Source: Antedon mediterranea (taxonomy: Eukaryota > Animalia > Echinodermata). Taken from it: DNA of 64,000 nucleotides. Made by a program: the position numbers and the translations under genes. Below the pieces are notes generated by a model. It did no database searches and was not told where the DNA came from. It saw nothing but the letters and a program-made list of their open reading frames with translations. This document shows, piece by piece, positions 60,408 through 64,000 of this stretch. Positions within the stretch are counted from its first letter, which is position 1. Each line of letters begins with the position of its first letter. Location of the stretch: assembly GCF_964355755.1 (NCBI RefSeq), contig NC_092672.1, forward strand, positions 27,410,437 to 27,474,436, given 5' to 3'.

Positions 60408-60476
60408 TGTCTCTGGCGGGATTCGAACCTGCGACCTCTCGCTTATAGGCTTATCATACCACTAGACCACAGAGTC
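60408..60476 (-). other. tRNA-derived SINE head or pseudo-tRNA
   Basis: A box TGGTCTAGTGG, B box GGTTCGAATCC, CTCTG/CAGAG acceptor-like stem; shortened anticodon arm. Confidence 0.7.
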
Positions 60477-60600
60477 ATATATTTTTCATTTATTTATTCG
60501 ACCAATACACAGATACAGAACAGAACAGAAGCAAAACAAAATGGTCATGGGCAACTAAAGTAAAACAATTACTATAACTCAAAGAGTCAGTTGCTCCTTA

Positions 60601-61373
60601 AACAAGGCCAACAGCCATTAAGTCGCGTGCTACAATGCATGATACCGGACCGACAGACAGACCGACAGACAGACCGACAGACAGACAGACAGAGAGACCG
60701 ACCGACCGACATAGTGAACTATACTGACCGAAATTACTGAACATGTTTAAAATTGTTGAAATGTTTAAAAACATTTATTTTTTTTAATTTACACGTGCGT
60801 AGCCTGTCACTTTCGACGTGCTCGTATAACGTAATTTCGAGTTGAAAAGTAAGTCAAGAAAACATAAATCGGGCAAAAAGAGTGCGCAATAACATTTAAC
60901 GCGCAGAAGGCACGCAAAAATATGCGCACTCATGGCAATTTTGTAAACGCTTAAAATTGCCTGAAATGTACTCTTCTTATTTCATCGAAAATAAATTTTG
61001 AAAATGTTAAGCGCGCGTACTCATGCGTTACATGCGCTACGCACGTAATTGTATTGCCATATGATGATTTATGCCCTGAAATTTATGAGTACCAAATTTT
61101 ATTTAATTGTGATTCATGGTTGTGAAGATATGATTACAAACGTGATTTCGTTAAATCGTGCGTAGACCGCGTAATTTTTTATTGCGCACCGTGAAAACAT
61201 AACCACATTGATTCCTGGCCATAAGGAATATACTGTGAAAAGTTGACCTAGCTAGATTAAACTGATATCAAGATAAGGACAGAAAGCGATAAAACGCATA
61301 GTGATACCGGACCGACAGACAGACCGACCGACCGACATAGTGAACTATAGAGTCGCTTCCACGCGACTAAAAA
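60601..61373 (-). mobile_element. Composite DINE-1/HINE-like element (short copy fused to a long copy)
   Basis: Minus strand starts TTTTTAGTCGCGTGGAAGCGACTCTATAG; body near-identical to 59620-60260; (GACA/GACC)n tracts. Confidence 0.8.
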
Positions 61374-62449
61374 CATCGAAATACAAAAAATATTGCACCA
61401 AGTAAGACATTTGTACAAGCTTAAAAAAAGTATCTTAAGACTCAGTATTAGCACAGATTTTCACCCACCAGATACATTCTCTCATTCAACAAATGCCCTC
61501 AGTGATGACTAGTCAGAATAAATTCCAACTTTAATACGCAGTAAAGTATTTATAATTGCTTTTAGGATTAAAACAAAATAGACACTGAAATATAAAGAAG
61601 AATACTGTATGCCTATTAACTTTATGTTCCTTCTAATATAAATGCTGTATACTGTGCCTCTCGGCACTATACATCCATTTATAGATTTGTGTATATTGCA
61701 TTGTACTATATTACTATTTTATCTTTTTGATTCCCGAACCTTACAATCGTTATAAAATGATGCCCGTCCTTCGGACGTGTACCTGCTAGTTAGTAGTATA
61801 ATAAACGAATGATCTTACTAAAAAACAAAACTATTTTAATTTTACAAAATCTTTAAATTGAAAAAAAAATGACTTTACTATAATATTATAGGCCTATCTT
61901 TAAAAACTTTAAAAAGTATCACCAACATTAGTAAATTAGCCAAATTTAAAAAAATGACATATATATTCTTCATTTTTTTGTTTTATATTTACTGTAGGCC
62001 CATACTTTACTAATTTATTTTTTAAACCAATATTGTTATATTTAAATGTTTTGTTTTATATTATAAGATGCATCAATGACACTTCTAAAGCGTTTTAGGC
62101 TGCTATCCTTGAAATTTATTTCCAATAGTGTTATTACTGGTGGGATATTAACACCAAGTGATTTTCTAAATAAACTCAATTTAAATAAAAATCATACTGA
62201 TCATTATTTTTTGTAGCTGAGTCAGAACATAAATATTATAGCACTGGTACACTGATTAATAGCAACATGATGCCTGTTTCAGCGCAGAATAAACTGTTTA
62301 TTTCAAAAAAACTTTTTATTTATATCAACTGCATTTCTGCGAAATTTGTGCTCACATAATTATAGTCGTAAGTAGGTCACAAAGACATAACAATGTAATA
62401 GTATATCTCTCATTTTATTGTAACAGGACCTTTTCAATTTGACATCACC

Positions 62450-62455
62450 ACAACA

Positions 62456-62493
<38 letters not shown>

Positions 62494-62510
62494 AACAACA
62501 ATAATAATAT
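62450..62510 (+). repeat. Compound trinucleotide microsatellite (AAC/GAC/AAT)
   Basis: Seen directly. Confidence 0.9.
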
Positions 62511-63052
62511 ATTATAATTTAATGAATATTATTCAAAACCTGAGCTTCACTGACAATATATAATAATAATGAAACACTGTCTGCAGATTGGATATAAGCC
62601 CTATATGTTTAATTGGTGTATGTTCTTTTAGTTCTGGTATAACCATTATTCCACAATATCATAATACGTGTTTTTATTTTTATTGTATTAGGTTACTAGG
62701 TTACCATTTATGTCTTGGCACAATACACATTGTAACGTAGATTGTATTATTATGTTTATTGATTGCCATTCATCATTCCAATGAATCATTGGCTGAAATA
62801 ACATATTCTTTAACATTGAAAGCTGATTCTCTGTATTGTGTGTTGAGCATCTCAATCATCACTGTGGTGTAACAGTCGTTTTTACTAATTCAATATTCCT
62901 AATATTTGGCTTTCAGTACTTAGTGTTTCCTGCATAGATTGCTATTGTCTATTTCTACTATATTTTTGTTGGAGGCCTACACGCACTGGAAACAACAGTT
63001 AGTTTGTCTACTACTGAGGATTGAAATTTACCCAGTAAATTAGAACAGAATT

Positions 63053-64000
63053 ATGGCAGCTGTAAATAAATCCCGTGATGACATGGATACAATTGTAGAT
63101 ACTTACCTTATGATGGCCATGGCATCAAGAGATCTTGTAATTACTCACATTAAAGTTGAGCAGAAACTATGGGATATTGCTTTTAATCAATTACCCTATA
63201 TAACATATCAAAAATATGGGACTGGAAGTTATTTTGAAGCTATGCCTCAGGAGATATGTGGAGATGAAGATTTCATGTATAACCATTCAATTTATCCAGA
63301 TGTATTGTGGCTATTTGAACCAGCAAGGAATGACCATAAAGGTGGTTACGTAATAGCTGAGCAGAATCCAAATGAACCAGTTTATTTCACACTTAAAGTA
63401 AGCAGCAACTGGCCTTTGAATGAATCTTTGAAAAATGTTGCTGTGAATGATTATGTAATACCTGATGCTCTTATATTGTCAAATACATTCTATAGTGATT
63501 CTGAAAAATATCTCAAAACGTCTAGAATGCACGGTCCTTCATTAGAAGCTACTTTAATAAACTCTGAAAAAACAGATCAAACCCCTTGTTTAAAATGCCA
63601 GTCATGGACACTGGAATCAGAATTTTTTACAAGAGAAAGATTAAACTGGCCAACACAAGCAACTTTAAGAAAGATTTCAAAGCTTGATTGTCTATTAGTT
63701 GGTGTTGGACATGCAAGTAGCTCATCAAAAGAAATTGAATGGAGGTTATCCTTTTCCCTTGCTGAAAAAGAACTCTGTTATGAACTTAGTGAACCATATG
63801 TAAGATGCATGTGTGCCCTTAAGGCAATAAAATCTTCAAAATACATTAATTTATTTAGTGAATCTGATTCTCCAACACCATTCTGTTCTTACTTTATTAA
63901 GACAGCTTGCTTCTGGATGTGTGAAACCCTTCCTTGTAACAATCAAAGCACGATGGACTTGATCAGGAAGACTTTGGACTGGCTGATAGATTGCTACCAA
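63053..64000 (+). CDS. cGLR copy J, 5' part (316 open codons, runs off the window; missing from the ORF track)
   Basis: Hand translation: MAAVNKSRDDMD...TGSYFEAMPQEICGDEDFM...MHGPS...KTDQTPCLKCQSW...EWRLSFS...CSYFIKTACFWMCE...DWLIDCYQ with no stop. Confidence 0.9.
   Translation, partial: MAAVNKSRDDMDTIVDTYLMMAMASRDLVITHIKVEQKLWDIAFNQLPYITYQKYGTGSYFEAMPQEICGDEDFMYNHSIYPDVLWLFEPARNDHKGGYVIAEQNPNEPVYFTLKVSSNWPLNESLKNVAVNDYVIPDALILSNTFYSDSEKYLKTSRMHGPSLEATLINSEKTDQTPCLKCQSWTLESEFFTRERLNWPTQATLRKISKLDCLLVGVGHASSSSKEIEWRLSFSLAEKELCYELSEPYVRCMCALKAIKSSKYINLFSESDSPTPFCSYFIKTACFWMCETLPCNNQSTMDLIRKTLDWLIDCYQ

Noticed and set aside
58946-60476. Two tRNA-like sequences as functional tRNA genes
   Set aside because: Anticodon arms are degenerate and both sit in repeat context; called tRNA-derived instead

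Overview
AT-rich eukaryotic (invertebrate animal) genomic DNA with no prokaryotic features. The window is dominated by a tandem, same-strand array of single-coding-exon Mab-21/cGAS-like receptor (cGLR) nucleotidyltransferase genes, each with an extra ~300-aa helical C-terminal region. Two copies are complete (8991-11024, 52768-54723). One is open but runs off the window (63053-64000). One is split by a 3.5-kb TIR transposon with both halves still open (24337-29935). At least six more are pseudogene fragments. Interspersed mobile DNA includes two full-length Gypsy LTR retrotransposons (246-4316, minus; 42437-49591, plus), a solo LTR nested inside two inverted-repeat elements, several LINE fragments (RTE, CR1/L2-like), DINE-1/HINE-like Helentron derivatives, tRNA-derived repeats, and a Penelope-type repeat carrying a minimal hammerhead ribozyme. 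Most interesting: the birth-and-death cGLR array with divergent active-site loops, and the TIR insertion that could be spliced out in frame or could split the receptor into two proteins. All alignments were made by eye, no database search was run, and boundaries of decayed elements are approximate.
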